Shown here: one piece after another, positions 11,701 to 26,496 of the stretch
Position numbering within the stretch: the stretch's first letter is position 1
How the letters are laid out: each line of letters begins with the position of its first letter
Assembly: GCA_020137815.1 (NCBI GenBank)
Contig: CM035355.1
Span: 5,890,001-5,954,000, forward strand
Source of the DNA: Hormiphora californensis
Lineage: Eukaryota > Animalia > Ctenophora
DNA length: 64,000 nucleotides
Reading direction: 5' to 3'
Notes under the pieces: generated by a model
Database searches by the model: none
The model's input: only the letters and a program-made list of their open reading frames with translations
What the model was told of the DNA's origin: nothing
Made by a program: the position numbers and the translations under genes

Positions 11701-12336
11701 GAACTTGAACCCAATGTCACAGTAACTGCATTTGAAGCGAGAGAAGAATCTGGTGTCAATGATGAATATTCCGTCAGGAAAGTGAGAAGGGGGTGCAAGT
11801 GGTAAGGAGGAGGGAACATCTTCAGCAACTTCATCCAGATCCATTGGTTCCTCTGAGCAAGGCGAAACATCTGCATCAGCTGAAAAACATGCTGCACCAA
11901 CATTTGTATCTGACTGTTGTATATCATTATCAGGCACAGCAAGTTCGTCAATGTCATTGGTTGATGATGACTGTTCCGGATCAGTTTCATCGTCTATTGC
12001 GTTGTACTCGGTCCTGAAACGAATCACATCTTCTTCTGCCCTCACAAACGCATCGTGTGCGCAAAAGTCATATTTTCTGCGACATGCCCGCCTGTCGCTA
12101 CATTTCCAAAGTTTCACCTCTACGTTGGAACAGATTTCAGTCATGGTTGTGACGTCATCGTACTGGGGTCCCGCTAAAGCTGACAACCATATCAGCTCCG
12201 CGTAATCTTCTCGATTACACCTCTGCCTACCACCATAAGACACTGCAATCCCACAACGACAACAATGCCACTCTGCTAATCTCATTTCTAATTCATTCAA
12301 GAAAAGCTCTGCTTCTACTTGAGGTGTCAGTGCCAT
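8751..12336 (-). CDS. 8-exon DDE transposase fused to C-terminal DEDDh exonuclease, ~925 aa
   Basis: GT-AG exons 12336-11316, 11230-11158, 11045-10874, 10694-10515, 10347-10171, 10082-9896, 9819-9575, 9473-8751 join in frame; ADGAWHTR, CAKNYSGTAKSME, VDNDG, DKNHTKK, SQVESVH; FDFETGG, FDNH, HDALGD. Confidence 0.88.
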
Positions 12337-12675
12337 ATTCTGAGAAATCTAGTGTTTTTAATTGAAAATTTGGGCATAGCTTCCGCGGGGGACATACCCC
12401 CCACTTTATTTTTTTCAGACTTTATGTTGTTGCTCACCTGTATGCCTAGAGTACATTAGATCCATAGATCATTGTACGCTACACATACATAACAAAAACG
12501 GTGAATATGCAACTGGTTTTTTATCACGTCATACCTGTAGATAAGACATATTATGATACCAACATTGCATATTATACCAAAGCTATATACGACAAGCAAA
12601 TTCTATACTGAAACTAATAAAAAATGTGCAATTGGTTTTTATACACAGCTTCACCGCTGTTTTTTAATTCCTTAT

Positions 12676-13619
12676 TCGAACCGGAGACCCTTCTCATGGA
12701 ATATGGTCAGAGATGAGGTCAATTTCAAAATTCACTCATCTCGTCCAAAATACCTTTATATACTCTTCAAATTACCATCATTTCATGCTTCTACCTCTGA
12801 AAATGTGTTTTGACGTGACCAAATAGCGTTTCGTCACATCTGCATCAATTAGGTGTACAGTTTTGGCTCTGTACACAACATCTTTGGTGGGTTGGTGTTA
12901 AAATTCTGGGACCCAATAAACAATCGTTTGAAGCATCTTTTCACCAATTTTTAACCTTAACTTACCATGGATGCCTCCTGGAGAGGGCGTTAAAGATAGG
13001 AGAAAGTAGACCGTTCTCAAGGCCACAAATGAAGTCCGTTTCAAAAATCCTTCTTTGGGCTTATTTACCTTGCTATTGTCTTCAAATTCCCCGAATTTCA
13101 TGCCTCTATCGCAAAAAATGTGCAAAAAGTCTTGCAAGGAAAAGGGCATTTTCTGCCAGAAAACTAGGCTTACCATTTCGGCTCTGCAGGTAACACTTTT
13201 GGCGGGAAAGTTCCAAAATTTTTGGGCCACATAGACAATCGTTAGGAGCAACTTTCACCAAATTTTCATCCCTAATGAAGCATGGGAACATTCTCAGACA
13301 GCGTGTCAAAGACGTAAAAAAGTAAACCGTTCTCAAGGCCATAAATGAGCTCCATTTCAAAAATCCTTCTTTAGGCTTATTTACCTTCATATTCTCTTCA
13401 AATCCCCAGAATTTTATGTTCCTATCTCAAAAAGTGTGGTCCTGGGGTCAAAAATTGCGAAAAAATTTGAGAAAACGCCACTTTGAAAATGGGCTGTAGC
13501 AAAAATATGAATTCGACTTCAGGGCTGAAATTGCATATTTGAGGTCCATTTTGTATGACCTAAACCCTGGTGAAGTCGTTATCCTGGGCACTCGATGATG
13601 AAAAACGCCAGGTGTACCC
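12676..13619 (-). repeat. right TIR (944 bp)
   Basis: Inverted copy of 7638-8581. Confidence 0.95.
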
Positions 13620-15009
13620 TTAAGAACTTTCTAAAGCGGTTTCCTTAAATCGAGATTGAGTTAATAGTCTAGCACTGTAGATAAGAGTTCGTATTACACA
13701 CTATTTTCCTCTAGCATATCCCATCGGCACTCACACAATATTCAAATCAGGTACCCTCAACCACCTCATTGATCATTCCCACGAATTATGTAGTGTTTGT
13801 CAGGATACCTCTTGGCCATTTGTTTCAGCTGATCTGGCCCGGGGATAAGGCAGCGCTTTTCAAGCAAGTTTCAAGTTGGCTGCTTGGCAAACGTTGGATA
13901 AGGCAGCCTGCCTGGCTCCCGGGATAAGGCAGCTCTTTTCAAGTTGGCTGCAAGTGGAAAAATTTTTAAAAAAACCCGAAAAAAAAGTGAACCTGAGTTA
14001 AGTTTGAAAAATCGAGTTGGCTGCAAGTCGTGTTTTACAAGGTAGTAACGCGCAGAAAAACTTAGAATAAGCTGCCAATTAACGCGCGCACGCGCAACTT
14101 TTTGATACCAAATTTATTTCAAAATTCAACGCAAAAAACGTTGGAACTTCGAAATCGAAAATCACGTTTCGTTCGCCAAATTTTTTACCTGTGCGACGGC
14201 TTCGACTCCACCCCTTCGAGGGCCTCGGGATTCACTCGCACGAACAATTGTTGTGCTTTCGGTTATCCATTACATCCTCCTTAGACCTTAGCCAATCCTT
14301 CTTCCATCTCAAACCACCCGCAAGGGCAAAAAAGGACCCATTTATAAGGCTGTTTGTAGTATGGAAGATTATGCTATCTTTGTTGGCAAATTATTGTCAC
14401 TCAGAAACGGCTTTTTTTGTATCTGCAGTTATGTAAAAACACTCAAAACTTTTAAAAAGTTTTTATTTATTTTTTCCTGAACGCTGATTGCCGTCCACCG
14501 AACCATTTCTTTCGCTCCCCCGTCTCCGAACCCGTTATTTACTTCGGAATTCGGTTATTTGAAATATGTACTATGGTATCCCAATTAAACCAAGTCCGCA
14601 AGGGTGTTATTGACAATTGATAAAAGCTGTTTCCGGTAATGTGCACTGTAGAATAACCCACTTCACCGGGAAGTTACAAATGAACGTCTATCCAGTAACC
14701 GGTAACGGTTTTTTGTCCATCGAATCTTTTTCATCTAATGTCTACGTGGTTGTACGAAGCTGTTGTTAAAAACCTGTGTCGCTCTTCTCCTGTCATTTGT
14801 TTATTCCCTAAACAATACCTCACTGCGTTACAATAAATAACAACAGTATTATGCATATTTAACTCGCCTTTTGAGCTACATAATGGTATTGTTGATAAGC
14901 TTAAACAGCGTCTCTACATTATTCCTCCTCCTTTCCCTCTGTGCAATAACAGTTTCCCAACGTATATCAACTAAATTATATTCCTCTTCCATGTAGCATA
15001 TAAAGCATA

Positions 15010-16477
15010 ATGGGTGAGACGGTTAAAATAACGATTTGTCCCTTATCCGGCCATGCCTTTGAGCTCACAGTTCAACTTGATTCCCGGGTTGACTCTTTTA
15101 AACAGAAGGTAGCTGACAGGCTACGGACTGACACCGACAACATACGGATATTGTTGAAAGACAGGTAAGATGTCAATAACAATCTGTCTCTGTATTCTCT
15201 CTCTTGAGCTGCCGTTATCTGTTATTATTTAATCCACTTTCAATTGTATATATTGCTTGGTAACACACATCATAATAAATTTATTCCACCAACTTCTATT
15301 GGTGACCTAATCATCATCTCTTTTAGGGAATTGAGGTTTGGTAGTTTGCGAGAGAATCAGGTTGCACGAGGTAGCTCTATTTCAGTGTTACCGGTAATGC
15401 GGGCTGGTCTAGTTGGTTATGTCACCACTAAGTCGAGTGTGCTGTTAAAAAGTATCCCTGACGAGGTTCTCGAGAATGCAGAGGTATGTGTGGATTACGA
15501 CACATGTTACGAAAGAAAACACGTCAGCTTTTGGGGGCATTGTCACCATAGTTCTAGGAATTTAGTTAACTGAACATCGAGAATATATCACGATATTTTT
15601 TACTCGATTACAAAATGAAAACAACATTCCCCGGCCCCCACTCTCTAACACTCTGCCCCACCCTTCTCCAGATAAAAGCTCAGATAAGGGACGGTGACCA
15701 GGCAACGATAACTCTTCACATTGAAGACATGGTGATTGTGTTCAAACTCCAACTGATAGCAACCGAACCTGATGCTGCCGAACCTCCCACCACATCAAGT
15801 AGTACCTCTGGAACATCAACTGCCGGATCCTCGACTACAACAACACCCTCCTCGTCCTCTCATTCTGCTTCCTCCTCCTCCTCGGCGTCCTCCTCTAGCT
15901 CCTCCGTCCTCCTCCTGAGTCGTCAGATTTCCACCGGAAGTTTGTGCAGTATATCAGGAAGGGAACGAGTAATCAGCAGTCGGTGGTGTCCAAGGGGAAG
16001 TCTGATATCCCTCTGAGCGCGGAACTGAAGAAGTTTTTGAAGGACATGGTGATTAAGAAACTCAAATCCGAGATGGGAATGGGAAAGTCTGATTCGGAAT
16101 CTTCTCCCCTGCCCTCATCGCTCTCAAAACGCCGGAGTACCGCCCTGGACGGTTACCGGAGTGTAGCTAAACGAGCGAAGATCCAGTGCCAGTTCCAACC
16201 AGATGCCAAGCTGTCAAACGACTGTGAGAGGGAAAACAAGATCATGAAGAGCAAGATCGCGGGCCTGAAAGAGGAAATGAGGAGGGTGAGACTACAAAAG
16301 AAGAGTCGCCGAGCGGCCCTCCCCTGTGGATGGACCAACTCTTCCAAACTCCTCGATGCAGCTAACGCCACCACTACTTGCCAGACGACGTGTGACTCCG
16401 TGCAGCTTGCGGTTCACAGTGTCCCGGGGCCCTCTAATAACAGCTACGCGGGGATGAAGAAGGGTTTCCTGCTGTGA
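15010..16477 (+). CDS. MIDN: midnolin-like protein (Ubl + Catch1-like strands + C-terminal basic helix); unresolved frameshift or intron near 15900-15940
   Basis: Exons 15010-15164, 15327-15483, 15672-; MGETVKITIC..ILLKDRELRFGSLRENQVARGSSISVLPVMRAGL (Ubl), ATITLHIEDMVIVFKLQL, ENKIMKSKIAGLKEEMRRVRLQKKSRR resemble recalled midnolin motifs. Confidence 0.72.
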
Positions 16478-17289
16478 GGCATCCCCGCCCTGAGAAGGGA
16501 ACACTCCGAGAACGTGATCTGAATACCAAGCCCCTGCTCAAGGAGATAACGATAGGGAGCTGAAACGAAAGACATTGTTTTGTACATACCTGCCAGTTGA
16601 TGAGCTCACAAGAGGAGCACGCCCGAGACGAAACGAGAAGAAAATGTCTAGATGTGTGAGAGAAAATTAGGGGTTAAAATGGAATGGGAGAGGGAAATGA
16701 GTTCTTTTTTAGAGCTCGTGTGAAACCTTCGTGTAAAATTGAATCGTAGATGAAATATAGGAACCGGGTAAAATACACTAGCGAAAAATAGGTGTTAACT
16801 GTTACACGCTGCATTGTGTGAGTTTTGAAATCCTAACGTTTTTAGAAGAAAGAAGAAAATATGAAAGGGAGAGAGAAAGATAGAGAGCAAAAGGAATTGA
16901 GGGAGAGAGAGATGAGTTCTTTGCAATTTGTACATACAGCAATAGTGGTGTACCTTGGAATCATTCGTACCGGAAGTGTAGAGCTATTCAGGCCATTAAA
17001 TCATTCTTTGCTTGATCGATTAGTCTCTTATGAGGGCCAAGTTGCTTGCTCAATTGATTCCTTAAGAGGACCTATTGAGCAATGAGCAAAGATGATCTGA
17101 TGACTTGATCTAACTCCCATCCACAAGTTGGGCTACCGTTCGAATATAATATATATTTACTAGACACAAATCGTCCCATTTTAACGTGCGAGAGACGCCT
17201 AATATATACACATTGCTTGAGGGCTGAACACATACATAATCCATAGATGAAAATATATATAATTATATATAATTCTTCTTCTGTCTGGC

Positions 17290-18135
17290 TCTGTTTTAGA
17301 GAACGTCACGTGCCCGTGTGTGTGTGTGTGTGATTGTGTGTGTGTGTCCTTGTGATATAGAATACCGCTTGGGTGTGTTTGTTTGTTTGTTTGTGGCGTG
17401 TGTGTTTGTGTAATTTTGACATGTTTCGAGAGAGAGAGCGAGTAAGAGAGAGTGAGAAAGAGAGAGTGAAAGTTACACGTGTATATCTCCACTTACCGTT
17501 TGATGTACTCTGTAAAGGTAAATTAACTAATCCGTTAAAAAAATACACCCGTTTTAATTCTCTGAATCATGTTAGTATCTCTTTTTTTTAAAGATCTGGA
17601 TAGAATATTTATCACATCATCACCCCCTCCTTCATCTGCTGTGTATCAGTATTACTAATCCTCCCTCTGTATCTTTTGTAGGTTCTATGTTGAATAATGG
17701 AACGTCTCACGGCCCGGATTACTTGATGAGAACACAACAGAAAGAGAGAGAGCTGAGAGAGAGAGAGAGAGATAGAGAGGGAGACCCTACTCTATCTGCT
17801 TTTGTGATTTCACAGTACGTTTGGGCGTGGTACTTTCTCCTTTCCCATCTCTCGGCCTAACGTGGAAACTTCGTTTCCTAATTATTCGAGATATATGCCC
17901 AGCTAGGCTAACATGCAATGTCATTCCTCACTCACCAATATATTTCCCTTCATTATGAGCAGGATGAACTGAACATGTCTCATCGTATCTTCCTCTGCCC
18001 TCTCCTTCCTCTGCTCTGTCTTTCCTTCCTCTGCCTTTTCCTTCACTTCACACCGGTGTTTCCCTCTCCTCTTTCTCTCTGTGTGTGTCTCTCTTCCTCT
18101 CTCTCTTTCCTCTCCTCTTTCCTCTCCTCTCTCTC

Positions 18136-18222
<87 letters not shown>

Positions 18223-18994
18223 CTCTCTCTTTCCTCTCCTCTTACCTTCTCCGTCGTCGTGATTAAGCAATTATGCTATCTCCAATCAGCGGGAACCACA
18301 CACACAGTACACACACGGCAGACAGTCTCGAGAGAGAGAGCTGGACAGAGAAAGAGAGAGAAGATAAATGAAAAAGACAGAGAGAAATAAGAGATACCGA
18401 AGCTTCTCTCCGTCTCAATTCTGTGCGTGTGCGCCTAATTAGACCCAATAACAGGCGTGCAAATTTACCACCAGACTGACGTACAAACGCACGGACACAC
18501 GGACAGACAAACAAAGAAAATTTGCCTCGAGAGATAAAAGGGAGAGAATTTAGAGTAAGGGAGAGAGAGAGAGAAAAAGAGATAGAGAGATGGAGAGAGA
18601 GAGAGAAAATGCAGAGACAACATTCTGTTGTTGTTCCAGGAGTGACTGAATTACTGAGTTCCAGTGTTATACGGAGTGGTGACGTAACGCCATACAAATG
18701 TACACAACTCCTCACCCAATACAACAACTCTGCATGTTGAGAGAGTGTGTCGTAAGCGAATTACTGTGTCTCATTCTTCTCCGTATCAGTCTTATCCATC
18801 TTTCTTTCTCCGTCTCATTCTTCTCCTTCTTTCTCCCTCTCAGTCTTGTCCATCTTTCTTTCTCCCTTCTCAATCAAGGTTACACCCTCGTAGTCTATCT
18901 TTCTTCGCTCTCTCTTTCTCTTCTTCCCTTCTCCTTCGCTTTGTCGCTCCGTGCTAACACAGTTAGCACATCGCACTATAGCATGCTTGAACAT

Positions 18995-19093
<99 letters not shown>

Positions 19094-20128
19094 TCTCTAT
19101 CTCTCCTTTCTTTACTTTTCTTTGTCTGTTCCTTTGATTCGCTCTATGTGTTTGTTTATCCATCTATTCTATCCTCCTCTTTGATGCAAAAGCTAATTTC
19201 AGATTCGAGAACGGAGAAAGAGAAGAAAAGAAAAGGAGAAAAAGAGAGAAAAACAAACGACGAAGCCAAAAACCGAGAAAAACCACCAAAAACAACACCG
19301 AACAAAAAGAAAAAAACCAAGGCAACACAAGAAAACACAACGAAAGAAAAAAAAACAGGGAAAAAAAAGGGGGGGGGGGAAAAAAAGGAAAAAAGGGGGG
19401 GGGGCAAAAGAGTCTCTCTTCTCTCTCACATGTAGGTTTGCCAGCGTGTTCCCAAAGGTAAAATCCGTGTACCGGTTGGTATTAGTATACACAAAGGGAT
19501 GGGCTTGTGCGAGGCACACATACCGCGAGTAACGATACGTCATCTCTTTCTTTATCTAATAGACAGAAGGATACAATTTATAGACCGAGGGGGAGGTTTT
19601 GTGCAAACACCGGTAGTGTTGCAGTGGGGGGAGGACTAAAATAAGTTAGTTTGTAAATAGCCCCTGCTGTTATACACGCCCCCCCCCCCCCCCCACGGCC
19701 CCCTGGTACCCACATGAAATTTAGGGATGATAATGATGATGTTGGTGGTGGGCGTGATAGAGGTAGAAAGAGAGAGAGAGGGAGGGAGAGAAAGATAGAG
19801 TGAGAGAGAAAGAAAGAGAGAGCTCCATCTGTTGTTGAGGTGGTCTCCTGATTGAACTGGTGGTACAGGTGGTGGTTGAGAGGAGTTGAGCTCTCTTTCT
19901 CTACCTCTCTACCTCTCGACTCTCTCTCTATCTTGATACTCACTGCGTGTAAATGACTATGCGAGACCACCGTGGCAGCAGCATCCTCATTACGCTTTGT
20001 CTCTCCCGGTGGCTTCTCTCTTCCTATCTTTGTCTCTTTCTTCTATCTTTCTTCTATCTCTCTCTTTAGCTCTCTCATGTCATTCTCTTTATTCCTTTCT
20101 CATTCCCTCTCCCTCAACAAACACTACA

Positions 20129-20181
<53 letters not shown>

Positions 20182-20182
20182 T

Positions 20183-20249
<67 letters not shown>

Positions 20250-21854
20250 ATCTCTCTCTACCTCTATCTCTGTGCCTCACCGCCAGCTGTGTGCTCTCAC
20301 TTACACCCAGATGCCATGTTGACTCTCTCTTTTTGACCTTATTAGGTAAAATTGGGCTCTGGCCCCCATCCAGAGAGCATCTCACCGAGCTCCAGTTGAG
20401 CAATGTCTATGCAGTAAGTGTCTACTTAGGTTATATTAGGCTGGGAGGAAGGATTTCAAGGAATTGGGATTTTGTGGTTGAGATTGTGTGGGCCGTAGCT
20501 GGGAGGTTGAATTATCGAGGAATTGGGAGGGTGTGAGGGAGGGTAGATTGGTTGCCAGTTAGTACGTCGGCTGGGTGCGGCATCATCTCACAATGACGTA
20601 GCTGCTATATATTCCCCACTTCTTCCGCCCTTCCAGCTCACCATCCTGCCTCACCTTTCTCTCTCTCTATCACCGTGTTTAGCCATCCACACACTCTCTC
20701 TCTATCTCTCTGAGAGGGAAGAAGGGATGTGCGAGAGAGACTCCCATCATCCCTCTCTTGTTTAACTTCTCACCGTCTCTCACCTTTGTGCTGGTCCTCA
20801 CGGTAATTCAATCTTCCTACTCTCACTTTCTCTCTCGCTCTCTCTCGCTCTCTCTCTCGCTCGCTTTCTCTCTCTCTCCCTCTCTCTCTCTCTCTTCTCT
20901 CTCTATCCCTAGTCTCTTTCTATCTCTCCGGAATATGTAGGTCTGTCTGTTTGTCACGTGCCAAGACATCGTGATACCCCCTCACTAGCTCACTCCTCAC
21001 TCACGGCTCTCGCTCACGGCTCGCCCCCGGCCTTTCTTTGTACACCCATCTCTTTCCCTCCCGATCTGATGTGATATCTTCTCATCTCTTACCCTTCTGG
21101 CTCATTATCCCCCTCCATCCATCTCTATCCGATTTCCAGTTTCCAACGTTATTCCACCGGCCGTACAGTAGTGTCAGCAGAGTTAAACGCAATCATACTA
21201 TGATAAACACATGAACGGTATGTAACGGATATATTTGTGAAATTCTCACATTGTGCTGTTAGATAATAGTTATCAAAATAGCAACCGTAACGTTACACTG
21301 TTAGAAACGGACGAGTTAGAAATTATTATAATATATCGGACACCCAAACACATAACAATTGAAAGAACCACGTACATGAACTTCCCTGAATCACGTACAC
21401 AAACTACCCTGAGTCACATACAAAGTAAAAGGAACTCCTTATTTTGACAAGGAAAAGAGCTACAGAAACCTCCATCTTATAGTTTTTATCTCTCATAAGT
21501 TTTACAGTTTACACAGCATTCTTCGAAGTATGATCTGCACTGCATCTAAGGGAAACATCGTTAATGATATGAGTAGATTAGTCTGTCAGTTCGTTTGTCC
21601 GTCCTATATAATATTGTCTGCATCTCGGTCCGTGTGTAACTGAGCCAATCTTTTGTCGTGACCTCTCTCATTCTCTATCTCTCTCTCTCTCTCTTAATTC
21701 GTCTCTCTATCTCTTTCTTTATTCGTCTCTCCCTTCCTCTATATTCATGGCTCAGTAATAGCTCGCCACGACTGACCGCTATCTCTAATATAGTACAGAG
21801 AGATCTATTTAGAGAGCCATGGACACAACCTCTCTCTCCCTCTCTTTCTCTCTA

Positions 21855-21907
<53 letters not shown>

Positions 21908-22026
21908 TCTCTCTCCATCTCGCTTGCGCTTCCTGCTCCATCCGTGCGTTCGTGTGTGGCGCGTTCGCACACTTATCCAAGAATAGGCATGTCAATTAGG
22001 ACAGTGCAGAGAGAGAGAGAGAGAGA

Positions 22027-22100
<74 letters not shown>

Positions 22101-22528
22101 CGGTGTACATGTCAGGTTAGCACTATGTCGAACGACGGACACACAAACACACAGTCATTTTCTCTTGTGTCAAAGAAGCCGCAGACACACATCATTTGCC
22201 TTCAACAATATTTTCTCCCGAGTCCTGTCATTCCTTCCTCCTATCTTCTTCTCCTATCATACTATCTTCTCCTATCTTCTTCTCCTATCCTTATTATCGT
22301 GCCTTGGTCTATACTCTCATTCCCCCTTCTCACATAATCATGTCATTTCTTGCCTGAACCATATCTCACCACTCACCAGTCGTAAATTATCTTTTTCTTC
22401 TTAAGATGCTTCTTTCAAAAAGAGTTTTGATGACAAAAAAGCGGTGCTAGTCGTGAAATAAATGCCCCCGTGTGAGATGACATGGTGCAAAACAAACAGC
22501 TCATAGAACGCTGTTTTTAGCACTGTGA

Positions 22529-22600
<72 letters not shown>

Positions 22601-23074
22601 CACACACAAACAAGACCACAGGTTAATGCATTTTTAACAAGGCAAGCAGGCGAGAGAGAAAGTTAGAGCGAGACAACGTGGTGGTACGGTGGTGAATGTA
22701 ATTTTAGAAATCACGTCACGCGTAGCAAGAAGAATCATCCAAGTGTAAATCGAATAATATCCTTGGTCCTACGTCTCATTCCTCCCTTCTCTGGAACAAG
22801 TCTCTTACCATCACTCCCCTCTCTCTCGCTATCTCTCCCTTCTCTAGAACCTCTGTCTCTCTCTTTCTGGCTTGCTAACATCTATCTTTAGATTCCTCTC
22901 TTTATCTCTCTATCTTTCTATCTTCCTCTCTCTTTCTTCACCAGCTCATCGTCCCAGAATATATAATCCCGTGCCCGGCGTCCCCCTTGCAGGAAGGTAG
23001 GTCATAGAGAGAAAGAACACACAGAAATCAGGGGGAGAAGAGATAGTGGAATGTAAATACAGTTTCTCTCACTC

Positions 23075-23110
<36 letters not shown>

Positions 23111-25395
23111 GTGAAGTGAAGGGAGTTTATTGAATTTCAAGGTCGAGAGAGGAGCTGTAAACACGCACACACACCAACATTATCTTAGAGAGACCTGGTG
23201 AGGTGAACGCTATGTTTGGAGCGGTCGCCTGATGTTAAATTTTATGCTCTAATTCTGGTCGCGGTGAGGGAGGAACGAGCAATTGTAAGTCGCCGTTCAG
23301 TTGAAGATAATGATGGATGTCTCACTCTATCTATCTATTTATCTATCTCCATCCCTCCCCCCTCTCTCCCATCTCTCTATCCTTCTCTCTCCACTCGATC
23401 GCGATAAGCCGGTGTATTGTTGGGCATTACAAGTTATGTTATTGCTAGCTGTGCTGTCTGTAGCACAGGGAGACACAGCTACACAGACACCACATACTGC
23501 GTGTCACGTGACTTTCTGCTGGGTCAACTTTCTCTATCTCTCTCTTTCTTGACGCCGCACCCGGGGGTTTCCGCTTCCCCCCCCCAGACCGCCTCTCCCC
23601 TCGCCCCCAGCCCACCCACATTTACCAGGCAGGTGAATCCACCACGTGATACCCACACACACATGTACACCTTTACACGCGCCTGGGGTAAGCCTCTCTT
23701 TTGCCTCCTTTCTCTATCTCTTCGGCCACGATCGCCCGGGGCCAAAAATTTTCTGATTGTTCCTTTCCCCTCTTCCCCCTACTTTCCTTTATGCTCTACT
23801 CTTTTTTCAGCCCCCTTTTTTTCCACAACTTGTACAGGAGTGTCCCTTTGGGGGGGTGTGATTATATTCCCGATGAGTAAAAAAATTAAATTTTAAGATC
23901 CCCGGGTTAAACCACGTTTTAAAGGGTAGAGGAGCTGCAAGGCCCCCTATTTTAATGATGTGACTAAGACACGTAACCCACACACAACCTAAAGAAGTAG
24001 AGAGGTATGTCCTTAATATTATTTTAGCTAATATTTTAAATCTCATACAACTTTTATTTGACCCACTCGTAATTGGAAAAAGTTGGGGAAAAAATCCTCC
24101 AAAAAGGGGGGACCAGGACCACGGGAGGCAGAAAAGGGGGTTGGGGGAGGAAAAAGGAAAAGGTGGGGAGGGAGGCGGGGGGAAAGAAGAAGAGGGAGGG
24201 GAGGAGAAAAAGCGAACGAAGGGTAGTAATTATACCTAAAGAGAATAGTAGCTTCTTAATATTTGATAGTAACGTAAGGATTTAAAAAAGGTGTAATTTA
24301 ATAGAGAGGAAAGATGAAAGACGGAGAACTAAGGAGAGGGGGAAAAGGAAAAAAGTTCAAAAAGGGGGGGAAAAGGGGGGGGGGGGGGAAAAAAAAAAAA
24401 AAAAAAAGGGGGGGTTTTTTTTCCCTTTTGGGGGTTTTTTTTTTAAATTTTTCCGAAGTTTAGGTTAAAATTTATTTTTTTTAAGGGGGGGGGGAAAGGT
24501 TAAAACTAAAAAAAAGGGGGGGGGGGGGGGGGGGGAAAAAAAAAAGGGGGGGGGAAAAAAGAATAAAGGCCAATTATTAAATGCAAAAAAAAATAGTAAA
24601 AAGTTTTAAAATTTGGGAACTAAAAAGGGGTTTTTAAAAAAGCCCGTAACCCCTTATAAAGACTTAAAGAAGTATTTTATTTTAAGGAGAAAAATTTGTT
24701 AAATTTTAATTCCTATTTTTTTTCCTGACTAAAATTGGGAGTCTTTTCCCAGATAACATTCAGATTGTTACATATCGAATTGTCGTTTTTTTAACTTTTT
24801 TAGTTGATTTAAGTTAAAGGGGTTTTTATAGATGGGGTGAGGAGAACATAAAGAGAGATAGGGGGATTTTAAAGGTTTTAAGGAAAATAAAAAAGTTTTA
24901 AGAGGGGGGGAGGTGATAAATTTAGGAGATAGGAGGAGGGGTGATGGGTCACATAAAAAGCTAGAAATGATGGGGGATGAAAGGATGGGGGGGAGGGGGG
25001 TCAATAAAAAAAAAGATGGGGGGGGGGGATGAAAGGATGGGGGAGGGGTCACATAAAGTAGGATGAGAGGATCATGATGTGTCACCTCACTAGAAACATA
25101 TGTTACTCCTTGTACATCCACGCGACACAATACATCACGAGATCATGACTGGCAGCAACACTGACAAAGATAGAGAACAAACTGACAAACAAAGATAGAG
25201 AGATATAGAACAAACTGACAAAGATAGAAAATTGAGTGCTGACAACACCAATAAGTGTGTGTGTGTTCGTGTGTCAGCAGCCCCCCCCCCCCCCCCCCCC
25301 CCCCCCCCGCAGTGGGGTGTCATTGGTGGTAACTAGTACACATACAACATGATGAGTGGCTAAGTGAGGGCAAACAATCGCTAACTACCCTAATA

Positions 25396-25493
<98 letters not shown>

Positions 25494-25500
25494 TCTCTCT
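17290..25500. repeat. (CT)n/(GA)n/(GT)n microsatellite-rich non-coding region
   Basis: Many dinucleotide runs, e.g. 18130-18220, 19000-19090, 20160-20250, 21860-21910, 22010-22100, 22530-22600, 25400-25490. Confidence 0.9.
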
Positions 25501-26496
25501 CAGCCTCATCTAATAACCAGACACAGACAAATCAACTCACGTACTGCAATACTCGACACCGTGATCTCTCTCTCCGTGCGTCACACCCCCTAACCACCTC
25601 TATGGAATCGTGATAGAAAACTAAACAACATCGTCACCCCTGCGTAGGAGGGAATACAAAGTAGAGAGAATCTTACAAGAAATAGAGAGAATGAGTCATG
25701 ACTAAACTCGGTCATCTATCCACTCCCAAAGCTAGCAAGCGAGCTACACTCGAGAGGGAGATTAGATCATATGCTATCCCTTTGTTTGATCAACATCTTT
25801 CTCCCTCTCTCTCTCTCAGTCTTCTTTTCTCTCTCACTCTCTCCCTCTCTCTATGTGTGAACACCCCTCATTACCATTTTACACTGGCTCCTTCCACCAC
25901 TGCTGCTACTAAGTGTGTGTGTGTGTGCTCGATTGGCCCACTCAGTTCGCCAGCCGGGGACGGCCATTTGTGCAATGTCCGCAACACGACTAGCAAAATC
26001 CCCTCCCCGAGGCTTACCAAGTATATTGTGTTAGCGGCGCGCACCGCAGCACTCGCGCGCCGCCCTGACGACCCAGAGCCGTTATCCATCATGCCATGTT
26101 GGCCGTTACCCCTCACTTCATGCCTTCATTAGCCAGGGTCATTATCCCTCTCTCGTCCAAATCTGGACAGAATGGGCTTGCTCAATGTCTGTTATACCAA
26201 TTAGTCTGCCAACTCTCAGTTCAGAGGTCATGGACCAGATCTTGCAGTCCTTTGTCTTGATCTCCTATCTTACTCACTTATCTCGTCTTATCCACTTATC
26301 TCCTATCTCAATTTTCTCTCCTGGTTCCAATCTCCTTCCCTGGTCTTGATGGTAATGAACTATCTACTTTATACTTACTTCTGCAGCTCATAGCTAACTG
26401 TGGCTACTGTAATACCCCATTTCATTTCATGTTTTTAACTGGTTTCTACCACAACCAACACCTAACCGTCCCACTCTGTTTTTAGCTTTGTCAGTA

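Larger units (their letters stand above)
7638..13619 (-). mobile_element. Kolobok-like (DEDD-exonuclease-encoding) DNA transposon, 5982 bp
   Basis: TTAA TSD at 7634-7637 and 13620-13623, GG..CC ends, 944-bp TIRs, internal transposase gene. Confidence 0.9.

Noticed and set aside
17918-20536. Long Leu/Ser or Glu/Arg ORFs (also 36620-37106)
   Set aside because: Translations of (CT)n/(GA)n microsatellites
23540-25060. Homopolymer-rich poly-G/poly-A/poly-T stretch (also ~19220-19410) suggestive of G-quadruplex arrays
   Set aside because: Texture resembles low-quality read ends in the assembly; no interpretable structure
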